In this document: positions 12,090 to 23,383 of the stretch, piece after piece
How positions within the stretch are numbered: the stretch's first letter is position 1
Layout of the letters: the number at the start of each line of letters is the position of its first letter
Source: Podarcis melisellensis
Taxonomy: Eukaryota
Assembly: GCA_964234715.1 (NCBI GenBank)
Contig: OZ174278.1
DNA length: 64,000 nt
Reading direction: 5' to 3' (one strand)
Program-made: the position numbers and the translations under genes
Notes under the pieces: model-generated
What the model was told of the DNA's origin: nothing
Databases searched by the model: none
What the model saw: the letters and a program-made list of their open reading frames with translations, nothing else

Positions 12090-13475
12090 TTAGTTTTCAA
12101 AGGCCTGTCTGACTTAGGAAGTTCTTAGCCTCATATCTCCACCAAATGTGCCTCTGATGTTGCTGAGAACAAGACAAGGGCTTCATCTGAGGATCTTAGT
12201 GCCCAGACAGGTTTGCATAGGGAGATAAGATCTTTCAGATGGACCCAAGCCATATAAGGCTTTATAGGTCATTATCAGCATTTGAATTGTGCCCAAAAAA
12301 GGACTGGCAGCCAGTGAAGTTGGTTTAACAGGGGACTAATATGCTACCTGTAACTTGGACCAGCTGAAGTTTCCAAACACTTTTGAAAGGTAGCCCTATG
12401 CAGAGTGTGTTGCATCAGTTCAGCCAGACTGTAACTAAGGCATGCTTCACCGTGGCCAGATCAGATATCTCAGGGAATGGGTGTGTGATCCATAATTGTG
12501 CAAATGCATTCCTGGTCACCACTGAAATATGGGCATCCAGGTTCAGGGCTGAACCCAACCAAACTGCAAGTTTGAGACTTCAAGTGGAGTGTAACTCCAC
12601 TGAACACAGATTGAATCCCTGTTCTCTCATCTGCCTTGCAACTGAGCTGGAACACATCTGTCCCTACCTGAGATGATGATGATGATTTTATTATAGATTT
12701 CCTTAGTTTACAAAAGTATGTGCATTGTTGTATACAGAATAAAGTTGGGGAAGAAGAAGGGGGGCGAGGAGTGGTAAACTTATATTCTTATACTTAGGGT
12801 GTATGTGGGGTTTTTATGTCAGCGTCATTTCGGTAGGTTCTCTTTCTGTTTGTTTTTTATATTTCCTTGGTAGTGAGAGAGGTTGGGTGTGGGACCCAGG
12901 GTGTGATTGATTGTGTTTAGTTGGCTGCAATGAGGTTTGTTTGTGTGTGAAAGCTGGGGGGGGGGGGTGTTGTTGGGTCAAGTTAGCTAGATTGATTCAC
13001 ATGCTGTCGTGTCCCTACCTGAGTTAAACTTATCCAGTCCATTACTGAGATCACATACTGATTTAGAACAGAGTTGTGTGTCATCAGCATACTGATGGCA
13101 TCATACCCCACAATTCTGTATGACCTCTCCCAGTGGTCTCATGTATTTGTTCAATAGCATGGAGGACAAGATGGAGTCCTGAAGTATCCCACATGTCAAC
13201 AGCCATGGAGTCGACCAGGAGTCCCCAGCACTACCTTCAGAACTTGTACCTTCAAGTCCTTACTAGTGCCACTGTTAAACAGTGCCCCTAAGTTTCATCC
13301 CTGACAGCGATCCAGAAGGATGCTATTGGGAGGTCCAACAGAACCAACAGGGGCACACACACCCTTGCCCAGTTTCTGGTGTAGATCATTCACCAAGATG
13401 ATCAAAGCAGTCTCTGTTCCATAACTGGGCCTAAAGCCAGATTGAGATGGATCTAGATAATCTGGTTTATCCGTT
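12090..13475 (-). mobile_element. Degraded L2-like LINE, interrupted at 12673-13009
   Basis: Minus-strand peptide YLDPSQSGFRPSYGTETALIILVNDL (L2/CR1 RT) and further decayed RT-like text; boundaries approximate. Confidence 0.65.
12673..13009 (-). mobile_element. 337-bp retroposed insert (probably a LINE 3' UTR) with (CAT)n tail
   Basis: TSD TGTCCCTACCTGAG at 12659-12672 and 13010-13023; (ATG)n then tttatt (antisense AATAAA) at left end. Confidence 0.75.
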
Positions 13476-13531
13476 TCATTTTGTATGCTGAGTACATGCA
13501 TAAAAATCCTTTCTCAGCTGCTGCTAATAAG

Positions 13532-13664
13532 TGGATGCTTGCAGTTTCACATGGTGTCTCCTTTCTGTGGTGACAACTGTGCAGAAGCATCCCAGAGTAA
13601 CATTGAAGCTATCTGTTCATCCCTGGATAGTTAACAGGGTTGGATCGTTCCACTTCTGACATAT
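13532..13664 (+). ncRNA. SCARNA23: Intronic box H/ACA scaRNA, SCARNA23 (ACA12) orthologue; guide for U6 snRNA pseudouridine 40
   Basis: Hairpin 1 closed by GGATGCTT/AAGCATCC; H box AGAGTA (13594-13599); hairpin 2; ACA (13659-13661) plus 3 nt. Pocket strands TCTG (13612-15) and TCGTTCCA (13645-52) are complementary to U6 5'-UGGAACGA-U40-A-CAGA; 14 nt from pocket to ACA. SCARNA23 is hosted in POLA1 in mammals. Confidence 0.9.
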
Positions 13665-13938
13665 CTGCACCATAGACTGGTGATGAAGTGTAGTGTTTTG
13701 AAATAATGCAAGTGTTTTTCAGACCTGAATGCTGACAGAATCACATGGACACACATTGATTTCATAATAAACCAGAGTACTTTTGAAGGAATCTGACTTT
13801 AAATGTCCCCCTCACCAATGACTCTTCACTCGCGTTCTGGTGTTCTTTTACACTGTACTGCAAGTAACTTGTCTCTCACTGTCTCCATAGTAGGTATATA
13901 TTGTAATGTGACTTTTGTGTGTGTATTTTTAATTTCAG

Positions 13939-14063
13939 GTTTTTATGACAAGTTCATCTTGCTCCTCGACTTCAATAGCTTATACCCTTCAATTATCCAA
14001 GAGTTTAACATCTGTTTTACAACAGTTACCAGGGTGTCTTCAAGTGTGCCAAAAAAGACAGAG
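13939..14063 (+). CDS. POLA1: POLA1 exon (~24): [29 protein letters not shown]...KKTE (motif A)
   Basis: ttcag/gtgtgt; 125 nt; DFNSLYPS catalytic motif A. Confidence 0.97.
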
Positions 14064-15501
14064 GTGTGTGTTTAATTTGACAGGAGCTTTTAATGTTTAA
14101 TTGTTAAAAAAGATCTTATGTTTATATTCAAGAATACATTGAAGTCTCCTTAGACATTGCGGCTGTATTTAGTAATTGTAGTGTATTGCATGATACCATG
14201 TTTAATAGTATATTTCATTATAAATTGTGTATAATCGCATGAAATCAGATTGGTTCCACCTTGACATGGAGTTCATTATATCTTCCTTTTTAGCAGCTGC
14301 ATAATATTTTTGTGACATTAAAAAGTGTACATGGACCCTCCTTGTTTTCTTACATGCTTAGCTTATTCCCCATTTTTCCATGTAAAACCGGATCAGTCTT
14401 GCTTGCTGAAACATTTTTTCTACACCCTGTCCTTGTAAAGTTCATTAAATATGTATATAAACTATTTTTTTACATGATTTATCTGCCTATATGCCTATGA
14501 GATGGCAACGATGGCATTGTATCATCCAAGTATTGTTCAGCAGAACTGTTGCAGACAAGGAAGGCTTTGATCTTTTTTGCTATGTGTTCAAAGTGGTTTT
14601 GTATGCTTCTCAGGTGGTATCCAATCTGGGTAACTAGGTTGCAGAACCAGGCTTATCTTAGAATCTGCAGCAGAACAGAGTTAAATGCCTTCAGAACATT
14701 CTTTGGCCAGCCCAGGATAGTGCAGTTGAACCTTACACTCTACTTTGAAGTTTTCACTAGATATTTTGTCAATACCATTTATTTTCTTTATCTGTTTATT
14801 TAGTCATTAAATTTGTGTCCTGTTTTTTCTCCCAAAGGAGAAAAAGTCAAAGGAGTGTACTCAACTTCTGCTAGTCCAATAAAAACAAATCCACATTTTT
14901 TGTGTTAATGGTTACCTGTCTAAAGTTACTTGGGCCACTTTCAGCCTCTGGTCCTCATGCGTGCTTATGGTTTCCTTGCGGCACCAAGATCCTGTGTCCA
15001 TTTAGGTTCCTTTCAGCTCATAGATGGGGCATGCGAACCGGAAGAGACTAGCAGTTTTAGGTTTGAACCAGGAGTTTGTCCTTGGTTGGGTGTGAAATGC
15101 CATCTTTCCCCAAGGGGGTGGTGATTAGGCCCTAAATCACAAAAACACCTTTTGGGTTATTTATATGCCAGTTTTTCACATTCCCTTCTTGGGGAAAGTA
15201 GGTGTCATCTCCCGAATGAGACAATTTGGGCACAAGACAGAGACCCAGCATTAACAGCTGCCAGAGGAGATCTTCTTCTGTGGATCACCTGGGGGAATCC
15301 CTCCAGAGAGTAGCTATCGCTCTGAATGCCGATGGTTCTGGAAGGAATGGTTATCTGACCTAGTTGGGATGTCTTCTCCATTAGGGTCTTTTGAGATATA
15401 ACCCAGTGGCATATCCTTGTTCATATGACAGGGTGGAAGCAGCAATTTCAGGAATTAGGTTATTCTGGTAGTATTAACTTGTCAAACTAATAACTTCACA
15501 G

Positions 15502-15648
15502 GATGGAGAAGAAGAAATTCCAGAATTGCCAGATTCATCGCTAGAAATGGGAATCTTGCCTAAAGAGATCAGGAAGTTAGTTGAACGAAGGCGTCAAGTG
15601 AAACAGTTGATGAAACAGCCAGACTTAAATTCTGACCTCTACTTACAG
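15502..15648 (+). CDS. POLA1: POLA1 exon (~25): [49 protein letters not shown]
   Basis: cacag/gtatct; 147 nt. Confidence 0.96.
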
Positions 15649-16116
15649 GTATCTCTAACAGAATGAAAATGTCCATTGTTGAGAAACTAGACCAAGATTC
15701 TGCTTGTTTGTATACTTATCTTCTCCAAGGCTAATCTTTAAATGTAAGAAATGAGTATATAGGGCAAATTTTTTTTGCTGCTATTTCTAATTTTCTGCTA
15801 GGCTAGTCTATCTTGCTTCTTATAGAAGGGGCTAAAATGAGCAGCTAGATAAAATTTGCCAGTGCAGTTAACAGGACAGGCACCCATCCCCCTTACATGC
15901 ATGCCACTCGCGGATGACTGCATTTAAATGGGTCACTGCTAAATAAGTAAGTAGATTGGACTTCAGTCGACCAGGAGCACTGGGCGGGAAGTCCCTTCTC
16001 CCCACTTCTGCCATTTCACTGGCTCACCTGGAGCCTTTGCCCCTCTACCAGATGGCCACTCGGCATTTTAACATCTCTCTTATAAGTGACTGGGTACATA
16101 TGATTATATTTATATA

Positions 16117-18135
16117 CAGTGGTGCCTCGCAAGACGAAATTAATTCGTTCCGCAAGTCTCTTCGTCTTGCGGTTTTTTCGTCTTGCGATGCACGGTTTCC
16201 CATAGGAATGCATTGAAAATCAATTAATGCGTTCCTAGGGAAACCGCCTTCAGACCAGGTCCGGGGACAGTCTGTCCCCCGACCTCTTCTGAAGGCTGGG
16301 GGGGGGGGACAAGGGCTTTTCTTCCCACTGCCAGCCTTCAGAAGGCTGTTCTGAAGGCTGGCGGTGGGAAGAAAAGCCCTTCTTCCCACCTCCCGCCCCG
16401 CAAGCTCCGGGGACAGGAGGGCTTTGCTGCCGACCGCCAGCATTTTAAAAGCCCCTGCTGTCCCGGGGCGATTTTAAAATGCTGGCGGGCGGGAGCGAAG
16501 TCTCCGCTGCCCCGAGGAGATTTTAAAATGCTGGGGGTCGGCAGCGAACGCTTCGCTCCCGCCCGCCAGCATTTTAAGATCGCCCGGGGCAGCGGAGAAG
16601 TCTCCGCTGTCCCGGGAAGGCAGGCGGGGGGAGCAAAGACTTTTGCCCCCGCCTGCCTTCAGAAGAGGTCCAGGACCTCGTTCCGATGCCCGGCGGCAGG
16701 GTGCGAGGTTCCCGCCCCACCGCCCGGCATCGGGGCATCGTTCCGATGCCGGGCGGCGGGGGGAGAGGTTCCCGCCCCACCGCCCGGCATCGGGGCATCG
16801 TTCCGATGCCGGGCGGCGGGGGGAGAGGTTCCCGCCCCACCGCCCGGCATCGGGGCATCGTTCCGATGCCCGACGGCGGGGGGAGAGGTTCCCGCCCCAC
16901 CGCCCGGCATCGGGGCATCGTTCCGATGCCGGGCGGCGGGGGGAGAGGTTCCCGCCCCACCGCCCGGCATCGGGGCATCGTTCCGATGCCGGGCGGCGGG
17001 GGGAGAGGTTCCCGCCCCACCGCCCGGCATCGGGGCATCGTTCCGATGCCGGGCGGCGGGGGGAGAGGTTCCCGCCCCACCGCCCGGCATCGGGGCATCG
17101 TTCCGATGCCGGGCGGCGGGGGGAGAGGTTCCCGCCCCACCGCCCGGCATCGGGGCATCGTTCCGATGCCGGGCGGCGGGGGGAGAGGTTCCCGCCCCAC
17201 CGCCCGGCATCGGGGCATCGTTCCGATGCCGGGCGGCGGGGGGAGAGGTTCCCGCCCCACCGCCCGGCATCGGGGCATCGTTCCGATGCCGGGCGGCGGG
17301 GGGAGAGGTTCCCGCCCCACCGCCCGGCATCGGGGCATCGTTCCTATGCCGGGCGGCGGGGGGAGAGGTTCCCGCCCCCCCCCGCCCCGCTTCGGAGCAG
17401 CGTTCCGAAGCGGGGCGGCTGGGGCAGGTGTTCCCGCCCCCCCGCCCCGCTTCGGAGCAGCGTTCCGAAGCCGGGCGGTGGGGGCAGGTGTTCCCGCCCC
17501 CCCGCCCCGCTTCGGAGCAGCGTTCCGAAGCGGGGCGGCTGGGGCAGGTGTTCCCGCCCCCCCGCCCCGCTTCGGAGCAGCGTTCCGAAGCCGGGCGGTG
17601 GGGGCAGGTGTTCCCTCCCCCCCGCCCGGCTTCGGAGCACCGGGAGAAACGATCTCCCCGCAGCCCCTTGCTTCAAAAGAGGTCCGGGGGCAGCGGGGAA
17701 GAAGCGCTGCGCTTCCCGCTGCCCCCGGACCTCTTTTGAAGCAAGGGGCTGCGGGGAGATCGCTTTTCCCCGCAAACCCTTGCTTCAAAAGAGGTCCGGG
17801 GGCAGCGCGAAGCGCTTCCCGCTGTCCCCGGACCTCTTTTGAAGCAAGGGGCGGTGGGGAGAAGCGATCTCCCCACAGCCCCTTGCTTCAAAAGAGGTCC
17901 GGGGGCAGCGGGAAGCGCTTCCCGCTGTCCCCGGACCTGGGGCTGCGGGGAGAAGATCGCTTCTCCCTGCTGCCCCTTGCTTCAAAAGAGAAGACCCGCT
18001 GTCCCCTGGGCAAGCTTCGTTTTGCGAAGCAAGCCCATAGGGAAATTCGTCTTGCGAGGCAACTCGAAAACGAAAAAACCTTTCGTTTTGCGAGTTTTTC
18101 GTCTCGCGAGGCGTTCGTCTTGCGGGGTACCACTG
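16117..18135. mobile_element. 2.0-kb non-autonomous Tigger/pogo-like element carrying GC-rich palindromic arrays
   Basis: TIR CAGTGGTGCCTCGCAAGACGAA ... TTCGTCTTGCGGGGTACCACTG; TA flanks; no transposase ORF. Confidence 0.9.
16677..17640. repeat. 60-bp GC/CpG-rich minisatellite (~11.5 near-identical units plus ~4 variant units)
   Basis: Unit TTCCGATGCCGGGCGGCGGGGGGAGAGGTTCCCGCCCCACCGCCCGGCATCGGGGCATCG repeats with exact 60-nt period 16681-17341. Confidence 0.97.
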
Positions 18136-18142
18136 TATTTAA

Positions 18143-18328
<186 letters not shown>

Positions 18329-20596
18329 TGACCTTCCCTTCCCATTTCCTTCTTGTGCACAGCTGAGAAATGGACTGGACAAGCGTTTTGTTTCACTTTG
18401 CCCTTGTGTGAATTCTGCGTGTCATTGCGTGTGAACTAGAGATTGCCGTTTATCACAAAGTCTGGTTGGTTTTGAAACGAGCCAGCTTCGGATCATGGGT
18501 TATGAACCAAAGTTTAATGCTGAGTGCAAATTTGGTTACTGAATGTTTGAGTCAATTGTAACATTTATGAGAATGCATAAAAAGGTAAGAGACCCCTTTT
18601 ACATGTATTCATCATAAGTTTTTCCATCCAGTTTCTGCATTAACCTGCAATAAAAAAGAAAAGTTGCAAATTAAATATGTATTTAAAGAGGTACTTTTGA
18701 ACATTTTCTCCAAAATACGCATGTCTAAATGTGTTTCATATAAAAATATGCTTTTTGTTACTAATATTTCATTACAATGTTCAGTTTTTAAAATAAAACA
18801 CAAACTTCATTTAACAATGCTGCCTCTACATCCAGCAGTCTTTCACTTATCAAACCATGTAAGTGAACAGTTAAATTATAGAATTTTTAAAAATAGTTTT
18901 TAAGCTGACAATTGTATTGCAAGATTCAGAGGCGTACAAAATTTGAAGGATAACCACATTCTAATCTACATAATTAGTTCATATCATTTCATTTTAGAAT
19001 TAACAAAGAAACTGTTAATCAAGCAGCCTTGGTCCTCTTCTACTGTTGCTTCCAAGTAACTACTGCTGAGACGTGTATTGTGTCTGTAAACCTGAATTCT
19101 CCATGTAACTAACTTGAAGCCATTGATAGACTTTACCTGCATGAATTTGTAAGATCATCTTTTAAAGTCATATAAGCTAGTAGCCATTGCCGCATTGGTG
19201 GCAGTGAATTCCATAAATTAACTCTGCACTGTTAATCAGTTTTATTTGATAAGCCCAGGTTGTTAGTATTATGGCACAGGAAAAAACCCTACTCACTTGC
19301 CCCATATATGCATCATTTTATACACTATCTGCGTGTTCTCTTCCTTGCCTTTCTTCTAACTGAAAAGCTCCAAACACTGTAGCTTTGTTGTTGTTGTAAA
19401 GACAGTGCTCCCCTTTCTGCACCTTTTTGCAGCAGTGCAGTATTGCTTATAGAATGTGGAGTGGCCTTTGCCTCCATCCTGAAGTGGGTAGAACTAACCC
19501 ACATGCTCCAAGTGGCCCTTTGCACATTCCCGAATAGAGCTACTGTTGCCATGCATTTATAGACCACAGCAGTGGCTCTTGATGTTGCCTATTTAAAAAA
19601 ACGACCTAGCAAGTTTGGTCAAACCATCTGCCCTAGTTAGTGGTGAAACACATTATATTATCTAGAGAGGGTCAGAAAGTGCTAAATATTTCAGCTGCCA
19701 GATTGAATCTTTAGAAAACCAGAAGGGTATGTTGTGTTTGGTGCAATCTGGACTATTGATTGTGCTCCCAAACCTCTAATAATCTGATATTTATTGTTAT
19801 GTGAGTAATCTCACTTAAATTAGAACATAATGGCTTGCTGTATCCTTTTGGAGCAAAAGTGCAGCATACCCCTGTCTCCTTCAATACACCAGTATGTCTG
19901 AATTATTTACCAAAACTAAACCTTTTCCCTTGCTGAATAACATGCTGGTAAGTCATATTGACTTGGCCTACGGCTGTAGTTGAGTGGTAGAGTATCTGCT
20001 CCAGAGGTCTTAAGAATTATTAAAAGTTGTGCCCATATCAACCTTAACTACCATTAATGCCAGCCACATCCCCACTTAACCAAGGTTTTCAAATCAGTTT
20101 ACAAACTCACGTGCTCTCAGTGGAGTTGCTTGCTCTCAATGGGGTTAAGGCCAGAACAGTGAATTATGTAGACATTCCAGACAGTCTTCTATGTGGATTT
20201 GTGCTGGTTAGGAAAAAGATGAGGGGATAACTACACTTTATGACTTGTGGCTTTGCTTCTACATCATATACAAGGAAGAAGTTTATTTACAAAATTGGTC
20301 AGAAGGCAGTAGACACGTTCAGAAATTAGCTTTTAAGAACCTCCTGGCATAGGAAAATCTTAACTCTAAAAGTTTACATTGTTTTCTTGCAAAATATACT
20401 TCACTGGTCTGAAAGTGTCCAGTTTTGCTATTTTAATGGTTTCCATTGTTCCATTCAAAATTTTGCTTATTACAGCCCTGCTTGACTTTGTACAAACTAT
20501 ATTAGCCTTTAGCAGAAAATCTCAAGCAGAAGAAAGCATGCTGTTGTATTCGTTTTACAGTTGGCATTATTGTATATAGTAGTAGAGTGGTAATTA

Positions 20597-20621
20597 TGCA
20601 GATTCTTCACTAGATGGCGAT
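20597..20621 (+). promoter_or_regulatory. Candidate CTCF site with upstream TGCAG module
   Basis: TGCAGATTCTTCACTAGATGGCGAT resembles core CCACTAGATGGCG plus U motif; motif only. Confidence 0.4.
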
Positions 20622-23157
20622 ATATATCTTGTGTTTATTGAAAAAATTAAACCGTTTCTGGTCACTAAATGTGAGTTCTAATTATGTATAATTTGATATG
20701 ACTTTAGAGATTTACAAAATTTCCTGTATTATTAGAGCTTCACTGAGAATATGGGTTTTGTGCAGTTCAATCCAATAGGAGAAAACGTAAACTCGCAGTG
20801 CATAAGATTAGGGTAACACAAGAATATGGCTTCTGAGAAGGGTTTCTTCATAACTGTCTCCACAACATCTATTTTTCCATATGGATAAATTTTTTGTACC
20901 CCTAGCCTACAGCCTGAAATAACTGGTTGATTCTAGATTGAGTGCTAGATTCTGGCAGCTGGGAGTGGCTAGGTTTGCAGTAGTCTCACCAGGAATTAGC
21001 TTCCTGATTTTATTTTAGCTGTTGTATTTGTGTTGCCTCTTGGACATACAGAGGTGGATGTGCACGTCTGCTTCACCCCACCAAAGCACACCACACAGTC
21101 CTGTTACTTTCACAGCAAACCCCTGCAATTCATTTGCAATGCAACCAGTTCCTTCAACAGAGACTGAACACTTGAAGGGCTCGCTGCAGAGATTTTGAAA
21201 ACCTACATTACACGGCCATTACACTGAAGTGAAGAAACAAACTGATGCAGCCAAAGTGCTTCTCAGGAGTTACCTACTGTAGGATAGGCGCAGCCCTTCC
21301 CATCACCTGCAGTTATTACTTGAAACCACTCAGTGATATACTTCCCATCTTGGAGACAGGGCTTTGCTTGGCTAAAGGTGTGCTAGTTAGAGAGACTGTC
21401 CTAATAACGCAACAAATCCCACTTCCAGTTTTGTCTTCATATCTTCTCTGGCAACAGTGGTTGACGTAGGCAACTTTGGCTCATTTTATCTGTTTATCCT
21501 ACCCAAGTGATGTATGCCATTACAGTGACCTTCTGTGATTTATATAGTTGAAACTGGTTAATGAATAGGCAAAACCAGATGCTAAAAGAGGAGAAAAACC
21601 TGTGGGTCAATAATCTTGTTTGTTCTGTTAGCACACTTAAGGAAAATATGTTTAGGAAATAGATACAGCATGAAGCTTCTGAGTTGAATGTTGTTCACTG
21701 TTGTGGCATGATTTCTTTTAGCTTGAATAGACATTGAATTTTGTTATAGTTGCTACAAACAGTCATTATGGATTATTTAGTGTCATGTAAATTGAGCACC
21801 AGCCAGCGAGTTTTGGGATAAGCCAAGAATGATTGACTCCTGGTAACGGAATCTTGTTTCTTCGATTCATTACACTGCTGCTTGCAGGATTTGTTCTTTC
21901 CATCTTTTTAACCTTACCTTATGTAACAAATTATAGTGGCCACCACAAATTCCCATCTTCTGAACCTCATTTGTACATATCTAGCATCCTAGTGCATCCA
22001 CTTCAAGCTTTGAAGTAGGCAGAGATAACCTGTCCATGGATCCCCTGATCTCTGTAGGAAAAACAGTAGCAGAAGGCAGCTTATGATTTTCATTTGGTAG
22101 GTATTTGTAAGGAGCTGGAGTCAAGCGTAGGTCAGCAATAAAAAACAACAACCAAGGTGTCAGTGAGACCAAAACAGTGCAGACCTAGTGATCCCAGCAA
22201 CTCTTCCCAGTAGGTCTTGCTCCAACAAGGCAATTGTGAGGACTGAAAGTCCCCACCTCCCCACCGCTTCCTAAGTCTCCTCCTCTCCAGGGTCTTTCCC
22301 AAGCAGTCGCAAATGCTCTGCCCTCTTCGTTTATCTGTGTGTTCTAGGAGAACAGGTGGAAGGGGAGTTGGTTGCAGTACAAGAGGGAGACTCCTGGCTT
22401 CTTCAGCAGCCGCCTTCTCTCTCTCCTGACCCCACTCCGCTCCAGCCTCTGCTTCTGCCTCAGAGTCTGAACAGCCCTCTGCCACAGCCTCTTCCTGTTC
22501 ACCCAACCTGTTACCTCTTCCGACATCCACCATGTCCGACACCACCACCTGTTTCTTTTCCCTCTGACCATTCACCATCGTCCTACCACCAATCTCCTGA
22601 TCCTGAGCCTTCTTTCCTTGGGGCTTCCCCAGCTGGTGTCTCCCACCACTTCTCTGCATCCATGACAGAAGCTGGGGGGTGGCAAATTTTTTTTGGGGGG
22701 GTGGGCTTTTGTTTCTCTTCTACTGTTTAAAGTATTGTTTTATAGTTAAGTTGCAAAGTCACTTTTTGTTTGTTAAAATCCGAAATATTTTTTTCCTTTA
22801 AGCTAGGAAGAAAAACAGATCAGGGTGAAGAACGCTTGTAAATATTCTGTTTCAATTCTCATTGTTGTTGTTTTTTAAAGCTACACTAAAAGCCCCTTTT
22901 GAATAACAGTGTTGACAGGTCTTGTGAAGCAGCTACTGCTGGCACTGAGTCAGGATGACAGAGCAATAATTTTAAAAACTGCTTTAGTTACTTAAATACA
23001 ACTCACTTCTAGGAAGACTGCAATAATTTGTTATCTGGTCTAATCAACTCCATCTTTTCATTACTACTTTCCTTGCATGGTTTTTTTTTTAATGTGTGAT
23101 ACACCCAATACGGTATCTGACTATAAGGACCAAGAACCAAGTTTCCACTTCATAGTA

Positions 23158-23383
23158 CAGTCGTGCTTCGGATCCTGAACACCTTGCAAGTCAAATGTTG
23201 CAAGTGACTGTTTCGGTTTGCGAACTATTTTTGGAAGACGAACGTCCGACGGGTCTTCTGTGGCTTCCGATTGACTGTAGGAGCTTCCTGCGGCCAATCA
23301 GAAGCCACACTGGGGTTTCCGAACATTTTGGAAGTCAAACGGACTTCCGGAACAGATTCCGTTCAACTTTCAAGGTACGACTG
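23158..23383. mobile_element. 226-bp Tigger-like MITE (same family as 651-876, opposite orientation)
   Basis: CAGTCGTGCTT...AAGGTACGACTG; TA flanks. Confidence 0.8.

Noticed and set aside
13680-13735. Possible box C/D snoRNA (GTGATGA ... CTGA) just after SCARNA23
   Set aside because: Only 56 nt, terminal stem not in K-turn register, no recognisable guide, and a second snoRNA in the same intron is atypical
16677-17640. CRISPR-like palindromic repeat array
   Set aside because: Spacers are identical rather than unique, there are no cas genes, and the context is a vertebrate intron
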